A stretch of 64,000 nt of DNA from Leptonemataceae bacterium. Its GTDB lineage: Bacteria > Spirochaetota > Leptospiria > Leptospirales > Leptonemataceae. Shown here in pieces: positions 47,445-56,897 of this stretch (positions are counted from its first letter, which is position 1; the number at the start of each line of letters is the position of its first letter). The notes under the pieces were generated by a model. That model worked only from the letters and a program-made list of their open reading frames with translations. It did not search any database and was not told where the DNA came from. The DNA is taken from contig OZ245742.1 in the NCBI GenBank assembly GCA_965227295.1, positions 4,160,001-4,224,000 of the forward strand. Direction: 5' to 3'. Made by a program: the position numbers and the translations under genes.

Positions 47445-48227
47445 GTGAGCAAAGCACGCATCATCTACGGTCGCCATCCGGTGAGCGCGTATCTTAAGGG
47501 CGCGGGCGACGACCAGGCCGTGGCCGCGGTCTATCTCGGCGAACACTTCCCGCGTAAGTTAGGCGACGAGCTGCGCAAGAAGTTTGCGAACGCAAGCTTT
47601 CACGAGCTGCCGCGCAAAGAACTGGATCGCCTGTACCCCGGTCTGCGTCATCAGGGCGTCGTCCTTGAATTTCACGAGGGCGCGCCCATGCCTGGCGAAG
47701 CCGAGGCCGGCGACGACTGGCACGACATTGTCCGCGAACGGAACGGCCTCATCATTCTCCTGGATCGCATTCAGGATCCGCACAATCTCGGCAGCATCAT
47801 CCGCAGCGCCGAGGCTTTGGGTGCACGCTGCGTGTTCGTCACGGGCCAGGGCGCGCCGGTCAACGAGACAGTGCACAAGGTTTCGAGCGGCGCAAGTTTA
47901 CGATTGCCGCTGTTTCGTAAGAGCAACCTCGCACAGTTACTCGACGCCCTCAAAGACGCCGGCTACTGGATCTGCGCCGCCGCGGCCCGCGAAGATCTGC
48001 CGGAGGATCTCCCCGCCGATCATCCCGTCCAGGCGCATACCGAACTCGGCCGGCTTCCGGAGGCCCAGGAAATCGCGCTCATCATCGGCAGCGAGGGCGA
48101 CGGCGTAAAAACGTTGTCGATCAAACGCAGCGACTACGTGATCACGATCGATCTGCCGGGCGATACCGAATCATTGAACGCCGGGGTCGCGGCGGGGATT
48201 TTGATTGATCGGATCGTGCATAGATAG
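47445..48227 (+). CDS. rlmB: TrmH/SpoU-family RNA methyltransferase (RlmB-like)
   Basis: IYGRHPV, HQGV, DPHNLGSIIRSA, GSEGDG, ESLNAGVA; follows cysS. Confidence 0.85.
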   Translation: MSKARIIYGRHPVSAYLKGAGDDQAVAAVYLGEHFPRKLGDELRKKFANASFHELPRKELDRLYPGLRHQGVVLEFHEGAPMPGEAEAGDDWHDIVRERNGLIILLDRIQDPHNLGSIIRSAEALGARCVFVTGQGAPVNETVHKVSSGASLRLPLFRKSNLAQLLDALKDAGYWICAAAAREDLPEDLPADHPVQAHTELGRLPEAQEIALIIGSEGDGVKTLSIKRSDYVITIDLPGDTESLNAGVAAGILIDRIVHR

Positions 48228-48331
48228 CCAAAGTCTTCGCGTCAGCGATTGGAAGGCGTGTCGGGTGGATTTTTCGCTTCGCTGTTGCCGTCTACAACTT
48301 GCTACGAATCAGAAACCTACAGGAGGCCGCA

Positions 48332-48445
48332 GCATGATCGCGAATGCTAACTTGCGAAACACAAGCGTTAGGGATGCGCAGGGTGCCGCGCAGCGGCAGT
48401 CCGGAGTGCGAAGCACGGAGGACCGAAGCGAAGCGGAGCACTGCG
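48332..48445. repeat. Dispersed intergenic repeat (GCGTTAG family), copy B
   Basis: Matches 13404-13484 and shares TCCGGAG.GCGAAGC.CGGAGGACCG with the minus-strand element at 44692-44781. Confidence 0.8.
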
Positions 48446-48617
48446 TAATGCACGGAGTAAATCGGCGTGAAAATGTGTAATTTCGCTTATTTCGCGCGGT
48501 TCGCTTCCCTTATGACCGGGGCGGAGAATACCGCAAGACCGTTTCGGGAAATCCGGCCGCGCAAGCCGGTTTTCGGAGGGTTTGTTGTCCATCCTCCAAT
48601 AAAATTTCCCTATCGTT

Positions 48618-49127
48618 TCAGAATGTTACAAAGGACGCAAGCCGCTTTTGATTTGTCGCTGGAGTTTCCCCGGCCCCTTCGTCCGGTGTGCCGGGGGACG
48701 TGCCGGGGGCCGTCCCTTGTCCTCCCAGCCAGGGCGGGCTAAGGAAGCGTCGCCAGTGACTCAATACGGCATCCGCGTTGTTGATTGATTCAAGTGAGGT
48801 AAATAAAATCCGTTCCCGCCGCGCCGCCGTAACCATGGTACGAGAAAACACATGCATGAACTCTTCCGGGTCGCAATCGTAGACTTCGCATAGTCGCACG
48901 AATTCGACCGGGTCAATACCCCTGCCGCCGCCGTGATCCTCAATCACGGCCAGCCGTTCTAACGTAATCGGCAGTGAGGCGCAAACCCGCGCGACATCCT
49001 CGCGGGCAATGTCTGATAAGATTCGCACACGCTGCAATAGCAGTCCCAGGCGACGGGCTTCCGCCTCACTCCAGACTATCGCCGCCGCCGTCGGAAAGTT
49101 TACGTCTACTATTTCGAATAGTGGCAT
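48618..49127 (-). CDS. Putative XRE/Cro-C1-type helix-turn-helix protein
   Basis: LGLLLQRVR...REDVA...LAVIE...EFVRLCEVY pattern. Confidence 0.5.
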   Translation of the reverse strand: MPLFEIVDVNFPTAAAIVWSEAEARRLGLLLQRVRILSDIAREDVARVCASLPITLERLAVIEDHGGGRGIDPVEFVRLCEVYDCDPEEFMHVFSRTMVTAARRERILFTSLESINNADAVLSHWRRFLSPPWLGGQGTAPGTSPGTPDEGAGETPATNQKRLASFVTF

Positions 49128-49557
49128 CTTCGAGCCCTCCTGTCAATTCCTCTGCCCACGCTGTCCGAACAAGGGTCCGACGGTGTCGCGCCTTGCTCAG
49201 AAAAGATTCTAATTGCCTTTCAAGAACCGTATCGGGTGCGTACGCAATTGCATTGCGAAAGACACTGAAACTGTCCAGGTCCAGCAATTCACATAGCCGC
49301 AAGTATGCATATACTGAATACTTTCCCGGCGTTCCTCTCTCTATAGCCTTCAACCGGTGCTTGCCCATTCCGCGCAGTCGTCGGCACAGTCGAAAAATGG
49401 CGGGAGGCTCAAGCCCTAATTGCAACCGGCGTTCGCGAATCTGCTTTCCGATCCTTCTTACGACAGTGGCGGGCAGAAATAGGCCCTCGTTCGTCTGGCC
49501 GGTCGTGATTTGCGCGATTTTTTTCGCCGCATCTTCGTATGTTTTTGGAGTTAGCAT
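49066..49557 (-). CDS. Putative XRE/Cro-C1-type helix-turn-helix protein
   Basis: IGKQIRERRLQLGL...LKAIERG...LRLCELLDL pattern. Confidence 0.55.
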   Translation of the reverse strand: MLTPKTYEDAAKKIAQITTGQTNEGLFLPATVVRRIGKQIRERRLQLGLEPPAIFRLCRRLRGMGKHRLKAIERGTPGKYSVYAYLRLCELLDLDSFSVFRNAIAYAPDTVLERQLESFLSKARHRRTLVRTAWAEELTGGLEDATIRNSRRKLSDGGGDSLE

Positions 49558-49646
49558 AAAACTGAGTTCAAATTCGCGTCCATTTCCCGGTGATTACGCT
49601 TGAATTCTTCGCAATTTGAGGGCGAAAATGATGGAAAAAATTTGAT

Positions 49647-49973
49647 TCATAACGAATTTAAGAGCGCTTTCGCTTCAGCTTCGCCATGCGCGAGCGCAAG
49701 GGGAATGTGACTTTGCGTCAAAATGCTTCCGACTCTTTTGTTTTCGCCCACAAGGACAACGACGCGGCCCCCGCCGGTCTCACAAATCCGCTGTAATTGG
49801 AACAATTGACCGATTGCGGCCGAATCGATAACCAGGACTTGCGTTAAGTCTACAATAATGCGTGAGTAAGATGCAGAATGGATTTTAAATTGTTCGGCCC
49901 ATTTGTGCGCATTGTGCATATTGAAAGTGTCGTCATCGACAATAATAGTTTTCATTCGAGCGCTCATTCTCAT
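49647..49973 (-). CDS. STAS-domain anti-sigma-factor antagonist
   Basis: IIVDLTQVLVIDSAAIGQL motif, 108 aa. Confidence 0.75.
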   Translation of the reverse strand: MRMSARMKTIIVDDDTFNMHNAHKWAEQFKIHSASYSRIIVDLTQVLVIDSAAIGQLFQLQRICETGGGRVVVLVGENKRVGSILTQSHIPLALAHGEAEAKALLNSL

Positions 49974-49978
49974 GCGAC

Positions 49979-50650
49979 TTACAGCGAAAAGGACCAGGAC
50001 AATACAAAGTTATCCTGAGAAAAAGTTAGCGCCGGTAAGTCGCCGTGCTCATCGAAGAATTTCGGGCGCGTGACGCCATGCAGTCGTGAGTCTATCTGCG
50101 CGAGGGCATAGACTGCTATGGCGAGGCCGAGCGAGATTTCTGCACGCGTACGCGCAGCTCGCAACTCTCGTTCGCGTGATGCTGAATCGAAGGGTGCTTC
50201 GTACCACGCACGATCAACCGAGGCCCCGCGCCGCACCAGCTCCCGATTACTGAAATACGCGGCGGTTAAAAACACCGGCCAGGCGATAGCATAGAAACCA
50301 CCCCGATAATAAAAGCCTTCTCCCATATGACCGGCCCCGGGCCAAATGAGGTTGTATGTTTGCAAATCGCTCTTGCGTTCGGCGGCTTTCTTGTCCTGCT
50401 CCAATTTTCTCCTTTTCTGATCTTTGATCGCTGCAATTTCTTCGTTGGCTGATCTTTCATACTCCCGCGTGCGCACATCGAAGCGCTCTACTTTCAATTC
50501 TCTTTCTTTGGCTCCCATGCCCACTTTGAGAGTGTTGTTTTCGAGCTCCAATCGCTCAATCTTTGCCTCGGGAGTTTCCGCGACGATCGATTGCGAATAC
50601 AAAGGGTTAATCGAAATCGATATGATAAGGGCGGCCGTTAATAGGAACAA
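49979..50650 (-). CDS. Hypothetical exported/membrane protein with coiled coil (start uncertain)
   Basis: Signal-like LFLLTAALIISIS, coiled-coil stretch, LIWPGAGH motif plus TM; downstream of FecR gene. Confidence 0.55.
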   Translation of the reverse strand: MFLLTAALIISISINPLYSQSIVAETPEAKIERLELENNTLKVGMGAKERELKVERFDVRTREYERSANEEIAAIKDQKRRKLEQDKKAAERKSDLQTYNLIWPGAGHMGEGFYYRGGFYAIAWPVFLTAAYFSNRELVRRGASVDRAWYEAPFDSASRERELRAARTRAEISLGLAIAVYALAQIDSRLHGVTRPKFFDEHGDLPALTFSQDNFVLSWSFSL

Positions 50651-51665
50651 TACCGGCCCCGACGAGATGAACGTATTCTTTCCCGGCGCGTGTAAAGACG
50701 ACGCCGCGCATTGGGCTATCCTCTTCCCCGATGAAATAAAATGTGCCAATTCTTCCATATTCATCTTTAATCTGTTCCTCCGTCCATTCCGCGCCAAACG
50801 CTTCAAACTTCTTTGGAGCATCAGAGAGCAAATCTTTGATGGCCTCTATGGCATGGCGCGACAGTTGAAAGGTTTCGCTGAATTTTTCGCGCTGGCCGTC
50901 GTATTCGACTCCCTCACCGGCGTTAACAATAATGGCTTTCCCGTTTCGGTTGGCCACGCGGACAGAACCTGAAACGACCTGGAGAAACTCCGAATTGTGA
51001 TAGACGCCTAATCTTAATTCGGTTCCAATTAGTGTATAATCGGCCCTGTCCGATGCGATTACGTAGTGTTTCGCCTCCCCGGCCAGGGGGCGCGAAAAAA
51101 CAGTGATATTGCCGTAAGAAACGTAGAGGCGAGCCGTGTTTTTTTTACAGTCCACTCCCGGGAAGCTCACCAGGGAAGGCGGCAAGAAAACCATTCTCGC
51201 GTTGCCACATTGTACGATTACCTGGCCGTGAAATTCATTCGGGAGGACCAGAATATCACCAGCCTTCAGATCACCCGGTGTCGCTCCCGGTATTCGAAGT
51301 TGCTCCTCGTTCCGCTTCAGATAAGCGCCGTTTTCAACTGAAGTTATCAATGCGGCACCGAACGAATTCGGCTGGACGAGTAATCCCCAAAACAATGCAA
51401 AGGCGCCAGCCACAAACAGAAGACTCGCTGCGACCTTCAAATAGAACGGCGTGAATGACTGTTGCACTCCTCCAATCTTGTTGAAGTCTTCGATGTCAGC
51501 GTCAAGACCGGGATACGTCGGAGCGTCGTCCGGTCGTTTCTTTCTTTCTTCAATCTTTTGTAAGATTCGGTCCAGTCGTTCTTTAGAAACGGGTGTATCG
51601 TTGCGTAAGGACTCGAATGTCTTGCGCCATTCTCTGGGGATTCTATCATCATCGTATGAACTCAT
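50607..51665 (-). CDS. FecR-domain anti-sigma factor
   Basis: Single TM (VAASLLFVAG), LKAGDIL, IGTEL, QVVSGSVRV; coupled to ECF sigma gene. Confidence 0.75.
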   Translation of the reverse strand: MSSYDDDRIPREWRKTFESLRNDTPVSKERLDRILQKIEERKKRPDDAPTYPGLDADIEDFNKIGGVQQSFTPFYLKVAASLLFVAGAFALFWGLLVQPNSFGAALITSVENGAYLKRNEEQLRIPGATPGDLKAGDILVLPNEFHGQVIVQCGNARMVFLPPSLVSFPGVDCKKNTARLYVSYGNITVFSRPLAGEAKHYVIASDRADYTLIGTELRLGVYHNSEFLQVVSGSVRVANRNGKAIIVNAGEGVEYDGQREKFSETFQLSRHAIEAIKDLLSDAPKKFEAFGAEWTEEQIKDEYGRIGTFYFIGEEDSPMRGVVFTRAGKEYVHLVGAGIVPINGRPYHIDFD

Positions 51666-52201
51666 AATGGCTTGATCCCCCTTTTTTTGAATTCCGCTAT
51701 AAGGCTTCTGTTTGCACGCCTCAAAAGTCTACTGGCCCAGCTTTCATGAACGCCCATAACCTGCGCGATCTCAGAGAGGTTAAGGTCACATTCATGACGA
51801 AGCCTCGCGCATTGCGCTTGTTCTGGCGGTAGACGTAAGAGTACGTCCTGATAAATACTTTTGATCGGCGAAGTACTGCTTTCGCGCAATCGCGAAAGGT
51901 GCTCGTTTACTGTACGCTTGACACGGTCGGCTTCTAACTCAAATTCTTTCTCCCGACCGGAGCCCTGCCGCTTCGCATGGTCTTTGCGCAAACCCTCCGC
52001 CACACGATAAAGCAAGGCTCGTCGGATGTACGCGAGCTTGCCCGCCTGGATTTTTCGCCACAGCAATATGAAGGTATCCTGCGCCAGGTCATCACTTAAC
52101 TCAGGATGGCCGGTTTTTTGATCGAGGTACCGGACAAGCTTCTCTTGCTCCCTTTTGTAAATCCGGGTGAGTTCCCGTTCCAATTCCTCGTATTCGCTCA
52201 T
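51662..52201 (-). CDS. ECF RNA polymerase sigma factor
   Basis: DDLAQDTFILLW, LYRVA, LPPEQ, LSEIAQVMG. Confidence 0.85.
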   Translation of the reverse strand: MSEYEELERELTRIYKREQEKLVRYLDQKTGHPELSDDLAQDTFILLWRKIQAGKLAYIRRALLYRVAEGLRKDHAKRQGSGREKEFELEADRVKRTVNEHLSRLRESSTSPIKSIYQDVLLRLPPEQAQCARLRHECDLNLSEIAQVMGVHESWASRLLRRANRSLIAEFKKRGIKPL

Positions 52202-52280
52202 TTGAACCGGCAGCAGCTATTAGCCGCTTACTCTGAACCGATCGAGAGACGCGGAAACTTTCCTGGTATCGCAAAAAATT

Positions 52281-52694
52281 TCAATCGGCCGGAAAAAAAT
52301 ACTCTATACGTTGAATTGAATCCCACGCGTACGAGGTTGAACCATTTTGGCCGATCGGAAGGACGGACACCCCCTGCGCATCGTGCCGTGTCAAATGTCC
52401 GATAATCTCTTGATTCTTCCCGGTGATTAAGCGAACCCTGACATCAGTTAAAAGCGCTGTTCGTATACGGCGTACTCTTGCAAGCGGATAGCGGCCCCCG
52501 CCGAGGGAGCTTTCTAAAAGGATGTATGCGTTTTGGCCTGTGGTCTGCCGGTAGATCGTCCCCACGATGACGGTTTCAGGATTAAGGAATTCTATACGCG
52601 CCAATTGCCCCGCTGATTCCCTGGGTGATTCCTCGCCAAAAAGCGTACAGGAGGCGAAAAAAAGCACTGAGCATACCAAAAAAAAACGCCGCAA
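52281..52694 (-). CDS. Hypothetical lipoprotein
   Basis: TTG start at 52694 gives MRRFFLVCSVLFFASC lipobox; co-oriented with sigma gene. Confidence 0.55.
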   Translation of the reverse strand: MRRFFLVCSVLFFASCTLFGEESPRESAGQLARIEFLNPETVIVGTIYRQTTGQNAYILLESSLGGGRYPLARVRRIRTALLTDVRVRLITGKNQEIIGHLTRHDAQGVSVLPIGQNGSTSYAWDSIQRIEYFFPAD

Positions 52695-52764
52695 AGGAAA
52701 GTTTCGGGTGCTCCCGATCGGTTTACATGCGTGGGCGACGAGCACACACAGGGGGCGTTTAGTT

Positions 52765-53697
52765 ATGCGAGTCATAGAAATTTTCACCATGTTAGTGGTT
52801 CTTATCTCTTCTTTCTTTGCATTGAATTACTGCACAACCATTTTCGGCCAAGCGGGTCAGGATGTAGCAGATTCAGGGCCGCTTTTACTACTCGCGGCCG
52901 GGCTCGGGAACATCGGAACGCCCCTGGATTTGGACGGGGACGGCACCACGGACGGCACCGCCTACGATACGAACGGCGACGGCGTCCTTGATGCCATCGC
53001 CTGGACGCTAACGCCGGGAACGGTTTCAGCTCTACTTGATACGAACAACGATGGGATTTTCGATGCCATCGACACGAACGGCGACGGAACGGCGGAGGCT
53101 CACACCTGTAGTAATACGGGGGGCCTGACTACCGGCGAGAACTGTACCGGCAGTGCCGTTAACATCGTCGCCGGTGGCCTCGACACAGACGGCGACGGGG
53201 CGGCAGACATTAGTTTTCAGACCGACACAAGTGATAGCGGTTCCTCAGGATCGGGTAGCGGAGGGGGGGCTACTCCGGCGACACCAAAATTTATCTTTGT
53301 CACTGCCGCCACATTTGGCGGAATCCTGGGGGGCTTTACCGGAGCGGACGCGCTTTGCAATGCCGACGCAAACAAGCCGAATTCAAGCACATATAAAGCC
53401 GGGCTCGCCGGTAATTCTGCTTTTGCTGCTAACCAGGAGTATACGCGGCCCGACTCAACGACCATTGGAACAACGGACGGCACGGGAAGTCTGACGACTC
53501 CCTTAACAAGTTCAATCGCCGCATCTTCGCCTGTCGAAATTTGGACCGGTGGCGATGGTACGAACTGTAGTAGCTGGACCGCGAATTCTACTTGCGGAAT
53601 TGGACTGGCCACAAGTACAACCGTGACTTTCTGGAACAACGGCAACGAGTTTGCGCCAATCTCGACGAACAACGCTCTATATTGTGTTGAGCAATAA
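52765..53697 (+). CDS. DUF1554 (Len/endostatin-like) lipoprotein with DxDGDG Ca-binding-like repeats
   Basis: FIFVT, GGFTGADALCNAD, TYKA, IWTG, NCSSWT, LYCVEQ; DLDGDG and DTNGDG repeats; AGGGGG RBS before ATG 52765. Confidence 0.85.
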   Translation: MRVIEIFTMLVVLISSFFALNYCTTIFGQAGQDVADSGPLLLLAAGLGNIGTPLDLDGDGTTDGTAYDTNGDGVLDAIAWTLTPGTVSALLDTNNDGIFDAIDTNGDGTAEAHTCSNTGGLTTGENCTGSAVNIVAGGLDTDGDGAADISFQTDTSDSGSSGSGSGGGATPATPKFIFVTAATFGGILGGFTGADALCNADANKPNSSTYKAGLAGNSAFAANQEYTRPDSTTIGTTDGTGSLTTPLTSSIAASSPVEIWTGGDGTNCSSWTANSTCGIGLATSTTVTFWNNGNEFAPISTNNALYCVEQ

Positions 53698-53711
53698 ACT
53701 ACAAGAGGAAA

Positions 53712-54182
53712 ATGTATTGCATCAGGGGCGCACGGCGTTTTTATACCGTCGTGCGTCTTGCATTTATCCTTTTTGTTTCTTTGGCTTTGTCGGCCTCTTG
53801 TCGCAAGCCAGAGTATTCGCAGCTCAGCTCACCCTCAAGAGTTAAGAGCTACCTTGCCGGTACTGCCTGGAAATGCGAGACTAGAGAGCTTACGTCTTTT
53901 CTAAGATTTTGGTCTTCGCCCCGGGGTGACAAACTCTTGTTCTCGCTCCTCCAATCGGAGCGAAACAAGCCAGGCGGAGGGCTTGTCTTAAGGGTTGAGG
54001 GGGGAACGCTAAGGCTGTACGATGACGGCTTAGTCGGCTTTTCTTATCCAGGGCGGACAGGAGAATTCACCCAACAGCGGTTCTTTGTTCATGCTTCGGA
54101 CAATAAAAAGCTTCGCATGATAAATACAAGCGTCGTGGATTGCATTCGCCAAATGACAAAGACGCCCGGTACAGTTCTCTAA
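53712..54182 (+). CDS. Hypothetical lipoprotein
   Basis: Hydrophobic stretch ending in LSASC; LAGTAWKC. Confidence 0.5.
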   Translation: MYCIRGARRFYTVVRLAFILFVSLALSASCRKPEYSQLSSPSRVKSYLAGTAWKCETRELTSFLRFWSSPRGDKLLFSLLQSERNKPGGGLVLRVEGGTLRLYDDGLVGFSYPGRTGEFTQQRFFVHASDNKKLRMINTSVVDCIRQMTKTPGTVL

Positions 54183-54187
54183 ATGCT

Positions 54188-54619
54188 CTATCGCGTTTCG
54201 CTAAGTAGCTCCGTATTCCGAAAGCAAACCCTCTGCAATTGACCATCCGCAAACAACGTCATCTTTTCCGGCGGTCGTCCAACCAGCACGACGTCGAAGG
54301 CGCTTCCCACCGTCCCTTGATGTGCTAGCTGAAATCGGAATCCGCCGTCATGGAGCAGGACGAGAGCCTGTACGGGATTCTCCCCGCGCATTTGATCAAA
54401 AGCACGCGGCCCCCCTCCCATATCCACCGTAAGGCGGTCAGGCGGAATGTCATCCGGTGCCGAATACATCTCGAAGACCTGTCCATATTCTTCGGGACAG
54501 GTCCAATACGAACCGACAATTTCGCGCAGTTCTGTTTTCGTAGGGCTATATTCGCCGGAGCAACCAGAACCGGCAACAGTCATGACAATTAGAAAAGAAA
54601 AAAGCCGGGCATTGTTCAT
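54188..54619 (-). CDS. Hypothetical lipoprotein
   Basis: ATG 54619 gives MNNARLFSFLIVMTVAGSGC; IVGSYWTC resembles the neighbour's LAGTAWKC. Confidence 0.55.
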   Translation of the reverse strand: MNNARLFSFLIVMTVAGSGCSGEYSPTKTELREIVGSYWTCPEEYGQVFEMYSAPDDIPPDRLTVDMGGGPRAFDQMRGENPVQALVLLHDGGFRFQLAHQGTVGSAFDVVLVGRPPEKMTLFADGQLQRVCFRNTELLSETR

Positions 54620-54662
54620 GATGGTAGACGCTCCGTCGCTTCTAACGTTCTGACAAGCAAAT

Positions 54663-54932
54663 TTAGCTTGAGGCTCGACACCGAACGCCCCGCCAGGCCA
54701 ACCATACCAGCAGGCCGCCGCCGAGGACGAGAAAGGGGCCATATTGATTCCAGACGTATTCCCCGGCCTTTTCCGCGCACCACTGTTTCACGGCGTCCGG
54801 CACAAGATCCAGACCGACGGTCTCGCCCGCGCCGTGAAGCCCACCGCAACCGCACGGCCGCGCCCCGGCCAGCCCGTTACGAATCCGCTGGAGCTTCTGC
54901 GCGACCTCTTCTAATTCGTTTCGCGTCTTCAT
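54663..54932 (-). CDS. Small phage-like membrane protein
   Basis: MKTRNELEE start; C-terminal TM (FLVLGGGLLVWLAW) plus basic tail. Confidence 0.55.
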   Translation of the reverse strand: MKTRNELEEVAQKLQRIRNGLAGARPCGCGGLHGAGETVGLDLVPDAVKQWCAEKAGEYVWNQYGPFLVLGGGLLVWLAWRGVRCRASS

Positions 54933-55506
54933 AGCGCTTGCTCCTGTGCTTAACTTTCGGCCCGGGAGTCTTGCCGGTACTCTTCGGAATCCTGGCCAGC
55001 ACCCGCCAGCCGAGAACGCCAACCACAATTACGGCCGCGATAATTCCTAGACGTTCTATCCGATCCAGGCCCCCGGTTACGTCGTCCACCGTGATGATAG
55101 GCTTTTCCGGGTCCTGGGCCTGCTCACTCAAGTACTCCGCCTTTGCCCGCTGATAATACGTCGCGAATTCGGGCGATGACTGGTAAATGATTTTGGTCGG
55201 ATTCTTTCCGTCATCATGGATGATGTACACCGTCTTTCGCATCCGCAATCGGGTTTCGTGTCGGCCGTCTACCCGTAAGACGTGCGTTCGGCCGGGACCG
55301 AAAATCAATCCCAGGCCGCCGCCCCAGTGTATCCGGGCATAATTGAAAACGCGCCAGAGATCCTTAGAATCGCCGCCGGTTATGTCCAGAAAATCAATCC
55401 CATGATCGAACGTTCCATAGTTCTTGACCGTGAAATCGGCTCCCCCGTGATCATTAAAGAATTTCGCGGCTGCGAGGGCATCGCTCGTAATTGGGCAAGA
55501 GGGCAT
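54877..55506 (-). CDS. Degenerate peptidase M15-like protein with C-terminal TM
   Basis: GIDF...LWRV...WGGGLGL...LRVDGR parallels the adjacent peptidase; start moved to ATG 55506. Confidence 0.5.
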   Translation of the reverse strand: MPSCPITSDALAAAKFFNDHGGADFTVKNYGTFDHGIDFLDITGGDSKDLWRVFNYARIHWGGGLGLIFGPGRTHVLRVDGRHETRLRMRKTVYIIHDDGKNPTKIIYQSSPEFATYYQRAKAEYLSEQAQDPEKPIITVDDVTGGLDRIERLGIIAAVIVVGVLGWRVLARIPKSTGKTPGPKVKHRSKRYEDAKRIRRGRAEAPADS

Positions 55507-55565
55507 TTTTAGCCTTTTCTCCCAGACGATCGCCCACAGTTTCCAGCCGACACAAGACACCCGAA

Positions 55566-56087
55566 TCACTCCACACCATACGATTCCGCCGAACGCGACG
55601 ACGCCAGCAACGCAAACACCAAAACACCCACGGCAAACACCAGCCCCCCGACCAACCACGAATCGAGCGGCGTACCTGCAGGTACTCCGTAAACCGGCCG
55701 CAACCGATCGAACCAGGCCCCGGTCAGCTTCGTAACTTTCACCGGCCGGGATTTAGAGAGTTCCACAAAATAAAACGGCGACGGCCGCGCGTCTACGTGT
55801 AAGTGACGGTCGGCCGGGGGATAGCCGAGGGCGACACCACCGGGCCAGCTCGTAGCCGTGAGCCGTCGCGCGACGTGCCACAACGTTGCCCGGCAGCGAT
55901 CGTCCGCGGCCGGGCACCCGAAATCCACCGCGGCGCGTCGACCATGAAAACCGCTATCCCCGCGGTCGGTCGACGTCACCGGGAGATCTCCGCCGCCGGC
56001 GCGCGTTACCGCCCGGATGATTTGACGCTGCGCCGGTGACAGTGCGGCGAAGCGGGCGCGGTCCTCGAGTACGTCGCGAGCCTTCAT
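55566..56087 (-). CDS. Peptidase M15/LAS-type Zn peptidoglycan hydrolase with C-terminal TM
   Basis: VTS..R, SGFHGRRAAVDF (HxxxxxxD), HLHVDAR (HxH). Confidence 0.7.
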   Translation of the reverse strand: MKARDVLEDRARFAALSPAQRQIIRAVTRAGGGDLPVTSTDRGDSGFHGRRAAVDFGCPAADDRCRATLWHVARRLTATSWPGGVALGYPPADRHLHVDARPSPFYFVELSKSRPVKVTKLTGAWFDRLRPVYGVPAGTPLDSWLVGGLVFAVGVLVFALLASSRSAESYGVE

Positions 56088-56088
56088 A

Positions 56089-56430
56089 TCATTTCCCGCG
56101 CATGATCGAAATTAATAACGCCGCCGCCAGGCCCACGGTGACGATCGCCAGAGCGTTCCGGTGGGGCTGGTAGATCGTGCGGTCCGGATTGAACCGGAGG
56201 CCGTCCACGGGCGCACGCACGGAAACGAACCCGGCCGCGCGGGCAACGTCGCGGGCTTCCTCCACGCGGTCCGCGTCTACGAAGACGTACGAAGGATCAA
56301 ACGAAAAGAAGTCTATGCCGCGTGTTTGTAATTCTTCCCGTACGCCTAACATCTTCGCCTGTGTCGCCGCGTCGCGCTGCGATGGGTAGAGATCCAGGAA
56401 AACATACTGCGGGCTTTGAATGATTGGCAT
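56089..56430 (-). CDS. Small phage-like protein with C-terminal TM
   Basis: Ends ALAIVTVGLAAALLISIMRGK; start moved to ATG 56430. Confidence 0.6.
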   Translation of the reverse strand: MPIIQSPQYVFLDLYPSQRDAATQAKMLGVREELQTRGIDFFSFDPSYVFVDADRVEEARDVARAAGFVSVRAPVDGLRFNPDRTIYQPHRNALAIVTVGLAAALLISIMRGK

Positions 56431-56434
56431 GATG

Positions 56435-56896
56435 TTACCTTTTCTTTCTTTTGCCCGACCGCGAAGTCTGACCGCCGAAGGCCCCGGACGCCCACAGCAC
56501 AAAACCACCGACCGCCAGACCGCCCAGAATCAAAGCGACCGGCGGGCCGTCGTCCGGTCGCTCCGGCGGTTTGACGGGGTTTACAAAGATTTCCGGGGGC
56601 GGTCGCCAGTCCGGATCGATCGCCCCGGGCTGCGGTTTCGGGACGGGATCAGACGCGACCACCACCGGGGACGGCGCGGGCGGCCGCACGGGTACAGGGG
56701 CCGGAGCCGTGCCGGGGATCGCCAGCACCAGGCCCGGCCAGATCGTATACGGCGACCGGTTCTGAAATGTATACACCCGCGAGCCGATGCGCACCGTACG
56801 CCCGTGGTTCGCGCGGGCGATTTCCGGCCAGCGCACTCCGTAGCGTGCGCCGATCCGTGAAAGTGTATCCCCTGATCTAACTGTATATTGAATCAT
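56435..56896 (-). CDS. LysM domain protein with Pro-rich linker and C-terminal TM
   Basis: YTVRSGDTLSRIGARYGV...IARAN...IWPGLVLAIP. Confidence 0.85.
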   Translation of the reverse strand: MIQYTVRSGDTLSRIGARYGVRWPEIARANHGRTVRIGSRVYTFQNRSPYTIWPGLVLAIPGTAPAPVPVRPPAPSPVVVASDPVPKPQPGAIDPDWRPPPEIFVNPVKPPERPDDGPPVALILGGLAVGGFVLWASGAFGGQTSRSGKRKKR

Positions 56897-56897
56897 A

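Noticed and set aside
179..47464. Many long antisense or alternate-frame ORFs (e.g. 1641-2909, 15368-16372, 30306-31364)
   Set aside because: Shadows of real genes in high-GC DNA; no recognisable motifs
48230..48620. tRNA gene or att site at the left edge of the island
   Set aside because: No tRNA cloverleaf seen, and the other end of the element is outside the window so direct repeats cannot be tested
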